Positions 52,492-61,886 of a stretch of DNA of 64,000 nt are shown piece after piece. A model generated the notes under the pieces. That model was not told the origin of the DNA. It saw only the letters and a program-made list of their open reading frames with translations, and did not search any database. Origin of the DNA: an uncultured Planctomycetota bacterium (lineage in GTDB: Bacteria > Planctomycetota > PLA2 > JAEUHO01). The position numbers and the translations under genes were made by a program. The stretch spans positions 512,001-576,000 of the forward strand of contig CAVVXN010000002.1 in assembly GCA_963752285.1 (NCBI GenBank). The letters are read 5' to 3'. The stretch's first letter is position 1. Each line of letters starts with the position of its first letter.

Positions 52492-52995
52492 ATGTCCGAG
52501 AGCAGGCTCTACGTCGGCAATCTGCCGTTCCAGTCGACGGAGGAAGAGCTCGAGTCCGCATTCGCCGCGTTCGGCTCGGTCCGAAACGTCCACTTGGTCA
52601 TCGACCGTGAGACGGGCCGTTCGCGCGGCTTCGCGTTCGTCGAGATGGACACCGATCAGGAGGCGCAGGCCGCCATCGAAGGCATGAACGAGCGCGACTT
52701 TTCCGGTCGCAGGCTCAAGGTGAACGTCGCGCGCCCGCGCGAGGAGCGCGGCGGCGGTGGCGGCGGCGGGTACCGCGGCGGCGGTGGCGGCGGCTACGGC
52801 GGCGGCGGTGGGTACGGGGGCGGTGGCGGTGGCCCGCGCGGCTTCGGCGGCGGCTCCCCGCCCTTCCCCGGCGGGGGCCCCGGCGGTCCTCCCGGTGGCC
52901 CTCCCGGCGGCGGTCGCGAGGGCGGCCGCGGCGAGCGCTACCGCCAGAACCGCGAGCGCAAGTCCCGGCGCGACGCCGAGGACGATCGCTGGTAG
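52492..52995 (+). CDS. RRM-domain RNA-binding protein with Gly-rich tail
   Basis: RNP2 LYVGNL, RNP1 [24 protein letters not shown] low-complexity tail. Confidence 0.95.
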   Translation: MSESRLYVGNLPFQSTEEELESAFAAFGSVRNVHLVIDRETGRSRGFAFVEMDTDQEAQAAIEGMNERDFSGRRLKVNVARPREERGGGGGGGYRGGGGGGYGGGGGYGGGGGGPRGFGGGSPPFPGGGPGGPPGGPPGGGREGGRGERYRQNRERKSRRDAEDDRW

Positions 52996-53114
52996 GCGGG
53001 CTTCGTGCGCGGGGGCCCGCGTCTCGCGGGTCCCCGACTCGTCGGGCCGCGCGACCCGACGCGGGCCAACGGTTCGTCCGACCGCGACCCCGGTCTCCTC
53101 GGGAGAATCCCGGG

Positions 53115-53735
53115 ATGAGCCACGATCTGGTCGCGCGCCGGTGGATCGCGCTGCTGGGTCTCGCTCCTCATCCCGAGGGCGGCTGGTACTCGGAGACGTG
53201 GCGGGCGGACGAGGTCGTCCCCGCCACCGCGCTCCCGGCCCGCTACGACGGAGACCGCGCGCTCGGTACCGCGGTCCTCTATCTCCTGGCCGAAGGGGCG
53301 TTCTCCGCGCTCCACCGGGTCCAGAGCGACGAGGTCTGGCACCACTACGCCGGCGACACGGTCGAGCTCCTTCAGCTACGGCCGGACGGCTCGGTGCTCC
53401 GCGTCCTCCTCGGGCCCGACGTCCTCCACGGCGAGCGGCCCCAGGCGGTGGTGCCGCGCGGCTCCTGGCAGGGCGCGCGGATCGTCCCGCTCGGGCGCCG
53501 CGCGCTGCTCGGCTGCACGGTATCGCCCGGCTTCGACTTCGCGGACTTCGAGGTGACCGCGCCCGAGCCGTTGCTCCAGCGCTGGCCGGACCTCGAAGAC
53601 GAGATCCGGTCCCTCGCCCCGGACCGCGCGCCCGACCGCGCGGCCGACCGCGCGGCCCATCTCCCGCCCGGCGGCGCGCCGGCGCCGCGGCACGCGGACG
53701 GGCTTCCCTCGCCGCCGAGGAGCGCGCTCACCTGA
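53115..53735 (+). CDS. Cupin_5 (DUF985) family protein
   Basis: LAPHPEGGWYSET, LHRVQSDEVWHHYAG, PQAVVP.G.WQ, GCTVSPGFDFADF. Confidence 0.9.
   Translation: MSHDLVARRWIALLGLAPHPEGGWYSETWRADEVVPATALPARYDGDRALGTAVLYLLAEGAFSALHRVQSDEVWHHYAGDTVELLQLRPDGSVLRVLLGPDVLHGERPQAVVPRGSWQGARIVPLGRRALLGCTVSPGFDFADFEVTAPEPLLQRWPDLEDEIRSLAPDRAPDRAADRAAHLPPGGAPAPRHADGLPSPPRSALT
53622..53657 (+). repeat. 12-bp tandem repeat x3 (GACCGCGCGSCC) in the cupin gene tail
   Basis: Read directly; encodes DRAP-DRAA-DRAA. Confidence 0.75.
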
Positions 53736-53795
53736 TCGAGGGGCGCGCGGGGCAGAGGGGGGCAGGACGACCTGACCTCGTACGATGTCGTTCCC

Positions 53796-54923
53796 ATGAA
53801 GCGGATCGCGGTGCTGGGAGCGGGTCGGATCGGGGCGGAGGTGGCGCGCGACCTCTCCCACGCGTTCGACGTGACGTCGTTCGACCTGGACGCCGACCTC
53901 CTGGCCCGGCGGCTCTCCGGGAGCGCGGTTCGGACCGTCGCCGCCGACGTCGGGACGGCCGAGGCGGTCCGGCGCGCGGTCCGCTCGTTCGACCTCGTGA
54001 TCGGCGCGCTGCCGGGTCACCTCGGCCACCGCGCGCTCGAAGCCGCGATCGAAGCCGGCAAGGACGTCGTGGACATCGCGTTCTCGCCGGAGGACGCGTT
54101 CGCGCTCGACGGGCGCGCGCGCGAGCGCGGCGTGACCGCCGTCGTGGACATGGGCGTCGCGCCCGGCATGAGCAACCTCTTCCTCGGCCGTGCGGTCGAG
54201 GAGATGCTCGCCGTGGAGCGCTTCGAGTGCCTGGTCGGCGGGCTCCCCGTCGTGCGGAGTCGTCCGTTCGAGTACAAGGCGCCGTTCTCGCCGGTGGACG
54301 TGATCGAGGAGTACGTCCGTCCCGCACGCGTCGTCCGGGACGGGAAGCTCGAAGTGCGGCCGGCGCTCTCGGAGGTCGAGCCGGTGGAGTTCGAGGGCAT
54401 CGGGACGCTCGAAGCCTTCCTGACGGACGGCCTGAGATCGCTGCTCCGACTGCCCGTCCGTTGGATGCAGGAGAAGACGCTTCGCTATCCCGGCCACGCG
54501 GGACTCATGATCGCGCTCCGCGAGGCGGGTCTCTTCGGCGTCGAGCCGGTCGAGGTGGACGGGAAACGGGTCCGGCCGCGGGACGTCGTGAGCGCGCTCC
54601 TCTTCCCCCGCTGGACGTACCAGCCCGGCGAATCCGACCTGACCGCCTTCCGCGTCACGATCGAGGGCATCTCGCGCGCGAGCGAGCCCGTCACGGTGGG
54701 CTGGGACCTCCTGGACCGCGCGGACGCCGAACGAGGCGTCCAGAGCATGGCCCGTACGACGGGCTACGCCTGCGCGGCCGTGGCGACCCTCCTGGCCGAG
54801 GGACGGATCCGCGGTCCCGGCGTGTTCGGGCCGGAGCACGTGGGAGCCGACGCGTCGTGCTTCGAGGCGGTGCTCCGCTACCAGGCCGAACGCGGCGTCG
54901 TGTACCGCCGAAGGCCGGCCTGA
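53796..54923 (+). CDS. Saccharopine dehydrogenase / lysine 6-dehydrogenase family protein
   Basis: VLGAGRIG Rossmann motif, DMGVAPGMSN, VGGLP, FSPVDVIEEY, AFLTDGL, EKTLRYPGH, SMARTTGY. Confidence 0.9.
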   Translation: MKRIAVLGAGRIGAEVARDLSHAFDVTSFDLDADLLARRLSGSAVRTVAADVGTAEAVRRAVRSFDLVIGALPGHLGHRALEAAIEAGKDVVDIAFSPEDAFALDGRARERGVTAVVDMGVAPGMSNLFLGRAVEEMLAVERFECLVGGLPVVRSRPFEYKAPFSPVDVIEEYVRPARVVRDGKLEVRPALSEVEPVEFEGIGTLEAFLTDGLRSLLRLPVRWMQEKTLRYPGHAGLMIALREAGLFGVEPVEVDGKRVRPRDVVSALLFPRWTYQPGESDLTAFRVTIEGISRASEPVTVGWDLLDRADAERGVQSMARTTGYACAAVATLLAEGRIRGPGVFGPEHVGADASCFEAVLRYQAERGVVYRRRPA

Positions 54924-54927
54924 CGTC

Positions 54928-55653
54928 TCAGCCCGCGGGCGTCAGCTTCGAGAGATCGTGGATGTCGAGCGCGCGCTCGAGCTCCGCGACCCGTCCGACG
55001 GCCCGCTCGAACCCGTCTACGCCGAACCGTTGCTTCTCCAGGTCCTCGAACTCGTCGCCCAGTTCGCGGAGCTCCTCGGGCTCGAGGATCCGGTGGAGCG
55101 CGGGGAAGAGGACGGTGTCCTCGCGTGCCGCGTGAGGACGGTACATGCGCACGAAGCAGTCGATCGTCTTCACGAGGTCCTCGGCGTGATCGCCGCCGGC
55201 GGCGCTCGTGAGACGGAGGATCTCGTCCGTCAACCGCCGTCCCGCGGCGTGCTGCTTCTCGAGGACGCCCACGAGCTCGACCTCGCGGCCCGCCTTCCCG
55301 AAGCGCGGAAACACGTGCTCCTCCTCGAGCCTCTCGTGGTAGTTCTCGATGAAGTCGTGGATCAGGCTCGCCGCGCCGTGCAGCACCCGCGGGTCGAGGT
55401 CGGTTCCGCTCCGGAGGCGTCCGCGCGCGGCCTCGTAGACGAGCAGCGCGCGGTCCAGGACGCCGTGCTCGCGCATGAGGTCCTCGCCGGCCGTGACGAC
55501 GCCCTCGCCCTCGTCCCCCTTTCCCGGCGGGTCGGCCCGGGCGACCGGCACCGCGTTCCATCCAGACGCCGCGCCCGTGAGCGCGAGTGCCGACGCGAGC
55601 GCGGCCCCCTCGAGCACCGAACGGCGTGACGGTTGCCGCTTCGGATCGGACAT
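54928..55653 (-). CDS. Hemerythrin-like (HHE) domain protein with Tat signal
   Basis: SRRSVL twin-arginine motif plus hydrophobic stretch; LMREH, YHERLEEEHVFP, QHAAGR, HAAREDTVLFP. Confidence 0.85.
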   Translation of the reverse strand: MSDPKRQPSRRSVLEGAALASALALTGAASGWNAVPVARADPPGKGDEGEGVVTAGEDLMREHGVLDRALLVYEAARGRLRSGTDLDPRVLHGAASLIHDFIENYHERLEEEHVFPRFGKAGREVELVGVLEKQHAAGRRLTDEILRLTSAAGGDHAEDLVKTIDCFVRMYRPHAAREDTVLFPALHRILEPEELRELGDEFEDLEKQRFGVDGFERAVGRVAELERALDIHDLSKLTPAG

Positions 55654-55944
55654 CAGGATCTCCCATACGTGGGGCGCCCCGCGACGGAGCGCCGCGAGCC
55701 GGGCCATGCGGCTCTCGACCGGGCGCCGCGAGGTCCATGATGCAGAGCCTTCCCGGCTCGTCGGCCGGGTGGGGAGAGCGGTCGCGGGGCCTCGGCCCCG
55801 GGGTGGGTCCCGCTCGGCGCGCGGAGCCGCCGAAGGAGGGGGGCACGTCTTGTTCGCGCCCGCAGGGGCCCCGCGCCGCCCAGTATGACGGGGCGACGAT
55901 CCTCGGATTGACCGTGGGGTCTGCGTGCGTAGACTCTTCCCTGC

Positions 55945-56829
55945 TTGGGGGATCCGGGATCCATCGACTGCGCGACGTGTACCGAGTTCACGATCGACGA
56001 CGCCGTCGGCCGATGCACGCTCCGGGCGTGCGAGATCGCGGATCCCCACCGGACGTGGTGCGCCAACCACCCCGCATGCGGCGGTCCGCCGTGCACGCAC
56101 CCCGTGGGGCCCGTGGTGGCCCGCGCGCCGGGCGGGCCCGAGGTGGTCCGCGCGTCGCCGGACACGTGGAAGGTCCGGGGTGCGCTCCTGAGCATCGTGG
56201 AGCAGTCTGCCGCGGTGCACATCGAGGAGATGACGCCGAGGGAGGAGACCGCGCTCTGGCAGCTCGCGGCGTGGCGGGAGGGCCGGGCTCAGGTGGTGCG
56301 GGACCGGATCGCCGGGGTCCCTCTCCTCCTCGGGACCCCGAGGTCGGGACGCGAGGCGGCTCGGACCTCGGGAAGCCCCGACGGCGGGACCTTCCGGTCG
56401 GCGGCACGTCTTGGCCGCGTGGTCGTGGTGCTGCTCACATGGGGAGCGCTCGTCTCCCTGGCCCTGCTCGTCTCGAACGTCCGCGTGCTCGGCTTGGTGT
56501 CCAGGGCCGAGTCGGGGACGGTCCGCCGGGACGAGCTCGACACGACGTCCGCGTGGCAGCACGGCCTGACGCTGCTCCAGCTCGGCGTGTTCGTCGCCAC
56601 GGGCGTCGCGTTCCTCGTCTGGCTCCACCGTGCGTACGCGAATCTCCGGCCCATCGGGGCGCCGCACGTGAGGCACGCCCCGGGATTCGCCGTGAGCTGC
56701 TGGTTCCTGCCGGTGGCGAATCTCGTCCTCCCGATGCGCGTGGTGCAGGAGCTCGCCGACAAGAGTGGGGGTCGATCAGACCACCAGCCTCGTCACGAGC
56801 GTGGTCTGGCCGGCCGGCAATCGCACTGA
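55945..56829 (+). pseudogene. DUF4328-like membrane protein with Cys-rich N-terminus, apparently 3'-truncated at ~56770 by Rhs sequence
   Basis: FLVWLHRAYANL...GFAVSCWFLPVANLVLP..VVQEL pattern, then abrupt change; the last ~19 codons are an alternate-frame reading of Rhs DNA; start (TTG) uncertain. Confidence 0.65.
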
Positions 56830-57039
56830 CTATCAATTTGACGCAGCGCTCAACCTGCTGGAGCTTCGCCGGAAGGAGACGAACACCCCGAACCAGTCCG
56901 GCACGGACATCGTGTACTCCTACCAGTACGGCGCGCCGTTCAACCAGAGGTCCCAGTACACGGACCCGCGGGGGAACGTGACCGTCTACCAAGTCGACGC
57001 CCAGGGGAACACCACGCAGATCCAGCGGCCCACGATCAG
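56771..57039 (+). pseudogene. Rhs/YD-repeat fragment without a credible start, out of frame with the main Rhs ORF
   Basis: WPAGNRTDYQFD..LN, YTDPRGNVTVYQVDAQGN are YD-repeat-like; coding signal moves to another frame at ~57037-57040. Confidence 0.75.
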
Positions 57040-59913
57040 GTGCTCGACGCGATGGGGGATCACGACGACCTTACGCTCGACCCGAACGGGAACGTCACGA
57101 CTCGGTCCCACACCGACCTTCCGGCTGGGGGCGGGAGCGAGACGTTCGTGACGGAGTTCGACTACGACGCGATCAACCGGGTGACCCAGAGGCGCGAGAT
57201 CGACCGGTCGAACGGAGCCAACATCCTGACGACGAGCTTCGGCTACGACAGCCGAAGCGACCTCACGTGGAGGCTCGACGCCGAGTCGCACCCCGTTCGC
57301 TGGACCTACGACCTCGCAAGTCGGCTCGTGACCTACGAGCGGGCGTTCCAGACGGGGCAGACGATCGAGGACTTCACGCAGGAGATCGTGGAGAGCTTCG
57401 CGTACGATGGAAACTCGCGATTGACGGGTCTCACGGACGACAACTTCAATTCCACCTCCTATCAATTCGACGCGCGAGATCGCCAGACCCGCGTCACGTA
57501 CGCGGACTCCCGGTACGTGGACACGCAGTACGACCTCGACTCGAACGTCTCGCAGTGGACGGATCAGAACGGGACGGTCGTCCAGAACACTTTCGACGCG
57601 CTCGACCGGAAGACCTACGCGAGCGTGACACGGGGGACGGGGGTGCTGGGGAGCACGTTCGAGCAGTTCAGCTACGACGCCCTCGGGAGGGCGCTCACCG
57701 CCGTCGACGACGACTTCCAGGTCGAGCTCACGTGGGACAGCGTCGGGAATCTCCTGAAGGAGCGCCAGGGCTACAACGTGCAGGGGCAGGAGAAGTGGAA
57801 GTCGGTCGCGACGACGTGGTCGGACGCCGGAAGCGTCCAGAGCATCCTCTACCCGAGCGCCTTTGCGGCGGCGCACACGCGGGACGCGATCTACCGCATG
57901 ACCTCACTCCAGGACGTGGGGGCGGGGACGAACATCGCGACCTTCACGTACCAGGGGGCGGGGCGTCTCGCCACGACCTCGAACCAGAACGGGACTTCGA
58001 CCGAGTACAGCTGGGACGGCTTCGCCCGGATCCGGGATATCGACCACAAGCTCGGCGGCGGGCAGACGCTCCACAAGTTCACGTACGCCTACGACAAGGT
58101 CCACAACCGGCGGATGGAGCAGAACACGTTCGACGCCACCTGGGTCGGGACGCTGCCGCAGGCCGTCCAGACCTTCCTCGCGGCCCGCAACACCAAGGGG
58201 GACGTCTACGCCTACGACTGGGCGTACCGGCTGACGGATGTTCGCTACGACACGACGAACCCGCTCCAGGAGGTCCAGAACCCGGGGAGCCAGGCGTTCG
58301 TGAAGAACACCCAGTACGTCATGGACGGCCTCGGGAACCGGAGCCAGGTCCTGACCTCCCCGCCGACCCCGCCCTCGACGGTGACGTATGCTTCCGACGT
58401 GGTGAACCAGTACACCCAGGTCGGCGGCGTTACGCGGACCCACGACAACAATGGGAACCTGACCGACGACGGGACCTACCTCTTCGCGTACGACTTTGAG
58501 AACCGGCTGGTCGAGGTGAAGCTGAAGTCCACGCAGGCGCTCGTCGCGACCTACCGCTACGACGCGCTCGGGCGGCGGGTCGAGAAGGCCGTCTCGGGCG
58601 GCGCGACGACCCGCTACGTACTCGACGGCCAGCAGGTGATCGAGGAGTACGACGGGCAGGACGTCTGGCAGGCTCGCTACGTCTACGAGGACGGGATCGA
58701 CCACCCGCGCGTCATGGACCGGGCCGACCAGGCGGACGTGAACGGGAACCAGAACACGAGCGAGGTGCTCCGGTTCACGTACCACCAGCAGGCGCTGGGG
58801 TCGGTGACCGAGATCTCGGAGCCGGGCGGGAGCGTCGTTGAGTGGGTGGCCTATGGCGCGCATGGATCACCGACAGTCTATGATGGCAGTGGCCAAGCCG
58901 TCGGTCAAAGTCCCATTGGGAACCCCTATCTGTACCGAGGGAAGGAATATGACCAGGAGACTGGGTTGTACGCAACGGACCGCGGGGCATATGACCCTGC
59001 CACTGGCCGGCTACTGCAGCTCTGCGGTGATGAAGAAGGTGGCAATGACAAGAAGGAGAAAAAGACGATCAAAAAGTGGAAGTACCAGACTGTGATCGTG
59101 ACGATTCAGGCCTCAAACGATCTTGCCCAGGATTCAGATGATGAGCGCGCCTATCGTCCCGACCGGGCCGCTCGCGACCCAGAGACGTATGCACCTCGCC
59201 CAGAGCCTGCAAGAGGGGACACGCCTGGCGAGACAGGCCCCTCTAAGACGGACGTGCCAGTCACGGACGAACAGAAGAAGGATGGCATCAAGAAGATTAC
59301 GCGGTATGAATTCGTGCGGAGAGAAGAGAAAGGTGACGTAGTCATTGAGCATCATAGGGTAGTGCTGGTCATTATCATTGAGCAGGATCCGGGGATTCTG
59401 TCTAGGGATTCACGCAATAGAGCCAAGGACGCTCAGAAGGCAGCAACGGACGCGGCGAAAGAGTTCTGGGACAAGGAAGACTCCAAGGGGCATGAGGCGG
59501 ACGAGGGGACGTTCAGAGTCTTTATGTACGTCGGGCATCAGACTGGAGCAGATGTGGCGGATTTGCAGAGTTGGGCTAACGACGGCTACGCGGTCGTGGT
59601 CTACTCGTGCAACCCCGCGGACGATAACCCGGACGGATACCCCCCGCTCACGGATTACGTCGAGGACAATGCTTGGCACGTGCCGGGTAACTCGGTGGCG
59701 CCGATTAACTCGGCAGCCGGGGATATACTAAACGGCATACTCTGGGGTGGCGCCAACGAGAACGGGGAGCCGGCTGCGCTGGCGGGTAAGGCGAATAGCG
59801 ATGCCGCCGTGACATTGGGGAATCAACCAGCGCCGCCCGAGAGCGTTCACGAACCCGCGGCCCCGTACTTCCTCCCGCCGGGCGATCACAGTAACATGCC
59901 GAGTTACAGGTAG
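57040..59913 (+). CDS. Rhs (YD-repeat) protein, 5'-truncated core plus ~295-aa variable C-terminal tip (putative toxin)
   Basis: Many YD repeats (YDAINR, YDALGR, YDFENRL, YDALGRRVEK); core end PYLYRGKEYDQETGLY...YDPATGRLLQ; lower-GC tip. Confidence 0.9.
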   Translation: MLDAMGDHDDLTLDPNGNVTTRSHTDLPAGGGSETFVTEFDYDAINRVTQRREIDRSNGANILTTSFGYDSRSDLTWRLDAESHPVRWTYDLASRLVTYERAFQTGQTIEDFTQEIVESFAYDGNSRLTGLTDDNFNSTSYQFDARDRQTRVTYADSRYVDTQYDLDSNVSQWTDQNGTVVQNTFDALDRKTYASVTRGTGVLGSTFEQFSYDALGRALTAVDDDFQVELTWDSVGNLLKERQGYNVQGQEKWKSVATTWSDAGSVQSILYPSAFAAAHTRDAIYRMTSLQDVGAGTNIATFTYQGAGRLATTSNQNGTSTEYSWDGFARIRDIDHKLGGGQTLHKFTYAYDKVHNRRMEQNTFDATWVGTLPQAVQTFLAARNTKGDVYAYDWAYRLTDVRYDTTNPLQEVQNPGSQAFVKNTQYVMDGLGNRSQVLTSPPTPPSTVTYASDVVNQYTQVGGVTRTHDNNGNLTDDGTYLFAYDFENRLVEVKLKSTQALVATYRYDALGRRVEKAVSGGATTRYVLDGQQVIEEYDGQDVWQARYVYEDGIDHPRVMDRADQADVNGNQNTSEVLRFTYHQQALGSVTEISEPGGSVVEWVAYGAHGSPTVYDGSGQAVGQSPIGNPYLYRGKEYDQETGLYATDRGAYDPATGRLLQLCGDEEGGNDKKEKKTIKKWKYQTVIVTIQASNDLAQDSDDERAYRPDRAARDPETYAPRPEPARGDTPGETGPSKTDVPVTDEQKKDGIKKITRYEFVRREEKGDVVIEHHRVVLVIIIEQDPGILSRDSRNRAKDAQKAATDAAKEFWDKEDSKGHEADEGTFRVFMYVGHQTGADVADLQSWANDGYAVVVYSCNPADDNPDGYPPLTDYVEDNAWHVPGNSVAPINSAAGDILNGILWGGANENGEPAALAGKANSDAAVTLGNQPAPPESVHEPAAPYFLPPGDHSNMPSYR

Positions 59914-59954
59914 GCATTCTGGTGAGGAAGTTCCTGGGTCCGCTCACGGGGAGG

Positions 59955-60141
59955 TGCCTGAGGCTGGGGCTCCTTCGCCTGCGTGACACGATGCGCTATC
60001 CGGCCACGCCGTTCTGGGGGACTGTGCAATGCCGTTGCTCAACACCCCGCCGGTAAGCCGTGTGCGGGAGAACCGCACGCAAGGTTTGAAGGGGGGGGGC
60101 GAAACCCACTCAACGGGTGGGCGAACAGAGGAGCTACCAGT
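59955..60141 (+). mobile_element. 3' remnant of a group II intron (decayed end of intron-encoded RT/maturase, domain V, domain VI-like stem)
   Basis: AAGCCGTG-TGCGG-GAGAA-CCGCA-CG-CAAGGTTT (60055-60087) folds as domain V with AGC triad and 2-nt bulge; then GAAGGGGG, hairpin CCCACTC/GGGTGGG and CTACCAGT; upstream LGLLRLRDTMRYP resembles maturase C-termini; boundaries approximate. Confidence 0.8.
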
Positions 60142-61294
60142 GGACCAGACTTCCACTCGTCGCCTGGTTGCGGTCGGTGCACTGCTGATACTGGGCTCGG
60201 CGGGGGCCCTAGTTCTGCTCGCCTCGATTGGAGAGCGAAGGGGCGAGGGTGTACAGGACGAAGGGCGCCTGCCTGATGTGGGCACTCCGCGCTTGCGCGG
60301 CTCTCCAGGTAACCATCCTCGGGGTGATGGTGCCACAGGAGCACAGGTACCCGTTCTAGAGAAGGCCGACGAGCGAACCGTCTCGCTCTGCGGTAGAGTC
60401 GTGGATCAGGAGTCCGGCTCTGCAGTCGAGGGGGCTGTGATCTATGTGGACCCCGCCGTCACGTCTGACGAGCCCCGTGCCCTTGGTCTATTGGACATCT
60501 CAAGCCCTCCAGTGGCCGTTGAGCCGAATGTCGTTAGCATCGGGTCCCTCGTGCGTAGCGGCTCGATAACCGACGCTCGCGGAGCTTTTTGCTTCGATGT
60601 TGGGGTGTCTCCGGGCTTCGTAGTCGCATTTGACGCTGATCATGTGGCGAAGATTGCACGCGTGTTCCCCGGTCCTGGGGAGATGATAATCGCCTTGGAG
60701 CGCGGGGGATCCCTGCGCGGACACGTGAGCTCATCGCAGGGCTATTCCTTGCCCGGCGCGCGAGTGTATATTCGTCCGCTGCGGAGAGATTACGATGCTA
60801 CGTTTGGGCGGTTCGTCGTAGCGGATGCCGAAGGCGCCTTCATAGCAAGGGGGCTAGATCCGGGAGAATATCGGGTCCGAGTTACGATAGGGTGCTGTGA
60901 GCGTATTGTCAATGTCATAGTGAGGCGCGGGGAGGTAAGCCAAGCCGGCCTTAGCTTGAGCCGCGTGGTGGTAGTTCGGGTGAGCGTCTACGGCGGGTTC
61001 GAGCAGCCACCTCGTAACGCCGAGGTTGCTTGGTCGGTGGGGGCGAACAGGCCGGAGTCGAGTCGGAGACTGGAATTGCGTCCTGCACTTGACGGTCGTG
61101 GCGCGCCTCGCGGCGGGGCCATCCGCCGTCTAGATTCCCAGAATTGGTGCATAGGGCTCGGAGATGCGATAGGTCCCGTGCACTTGAGGCTGTACGTCCC
61201 AGGATATCGGCCGGTCGAGCGAGTTCTTGCTGAGGGCGAGTCGGCGTCCGGACGGATCGACTGGAGTGTGCCCCTTGTGCCCGAGGGGGAGTAG
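60140..61294 (+). CDS. Membrane-anchored protein with carboxypeptidase-regulatory-like (transthyretin-like beta-sandwich) domains
   Basis: GAGGAG RBS then GTG; N-terminal TM; GRVVD..SG..VEGA.I, TDARGAF, GGSLRGHV....LPGARV, DAEGAF..RGL.PGEYRV; lower GC than host. Confidence 0.75.
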   Translation: MDQTSTRRLVAVGALLILGSAGALVLLASIGERRGEGVQDEGRLPDVGTPRLRGSPGNHPRGDGATGAQVPVLEKADERTVSLCGRVVDQESGSAVEGAVIYVDPAVTSDEPRALGLLDISSPPVAVEPNVVSIGSLVRSGSITDARGAFCFDVGVSPGFVVAFDADHVAKIARVFPGPGEMIIALERGGSLRGHVSSSQGYSLPGARVYIRPLRRDYDATFGRFVVADAEGAFIARGLDPGEYRVRVTIGCCERIVNVIVRRGEVSQAGLSLSRVVVVRVSVYGGFEQPPRNAEVAWSVGANRPESSRRLELRPALDGRGAPRGGAIRRLDSQNWCIGLGDAIGPVHLRLYVPGYRPVERVLAEGESASGRIDWSVPLVPEGE

Positions 61295-61886
61295 GAGTGA
61301 TCGGAGTTGCGTGTCAATCCCTTCTGGAGACTTCTGCCGAGTACTCGAACATCCGGGCCGCGGATCTCCCGCCGCGATGACGGCCGTGGCGTGTGTAAGC
61401 GTGGCGGCGGCGCCCCCCAGTCGCGCCGACCGGGCATGGGACCCCCGGTGTCGGGTTCCTCCTCCTCGATGTCGTCAGGCGCTGCACACGCCGCAGCGCG
61501 CAGCTCGGTTGGCGGCGAGGCGGGCGGCACGAGCTTCGCGGCGGTGAGTGGCGCGGAGGTCGAGAATGTGTCCCCGGCTCCGAATGCGCGTCCTGGCCCA
61601 GCCACCGGTCACGTAGAGCCGCATGAAACGGCCTCGCGGAGGCGGAGAGAGTGTTTCGCATGTGGGTTGCGAATGGGGAGCCACCTCTTCGCAGAAGGCG
61701 CCTTGGCGGCCGAGAGCACGCCGAGAGCGCCGGCGCCGGGCGTCCCCCGCAGGGGCCAGAACTTCGCGGGTTCGCGACCCTCGGCCGCCGACCCACGCAC
61801 GCGACGCGACCCGCCGCTCAACGCACGGACTCTACGCTCTCCTCTCAGACTCTCGGTCGCGGGTGGAGAGGACCCGGACGTTTGAC

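Noticed and set aside
52740..52930. GGC-rich repeats as a repeat array
   Set aside because: Simply encode the Gly-rich tail of the RRM protein
56762..56775. GAGTGGGGGTC at the left junction resembling GAATGGGGTC near the right junction as a target-site duplication
   Set aside because: Imperfect, short, and the right copy is ~30 bp from the inferred breakpoint
60029..60139. Upstream ATG extension of the 60140 gene given in the ORF track
   Set aside because: Runs through intron domain V/VI sequence; GTG at 60140 has a good RBS and puts the TM helix at the N-terminus
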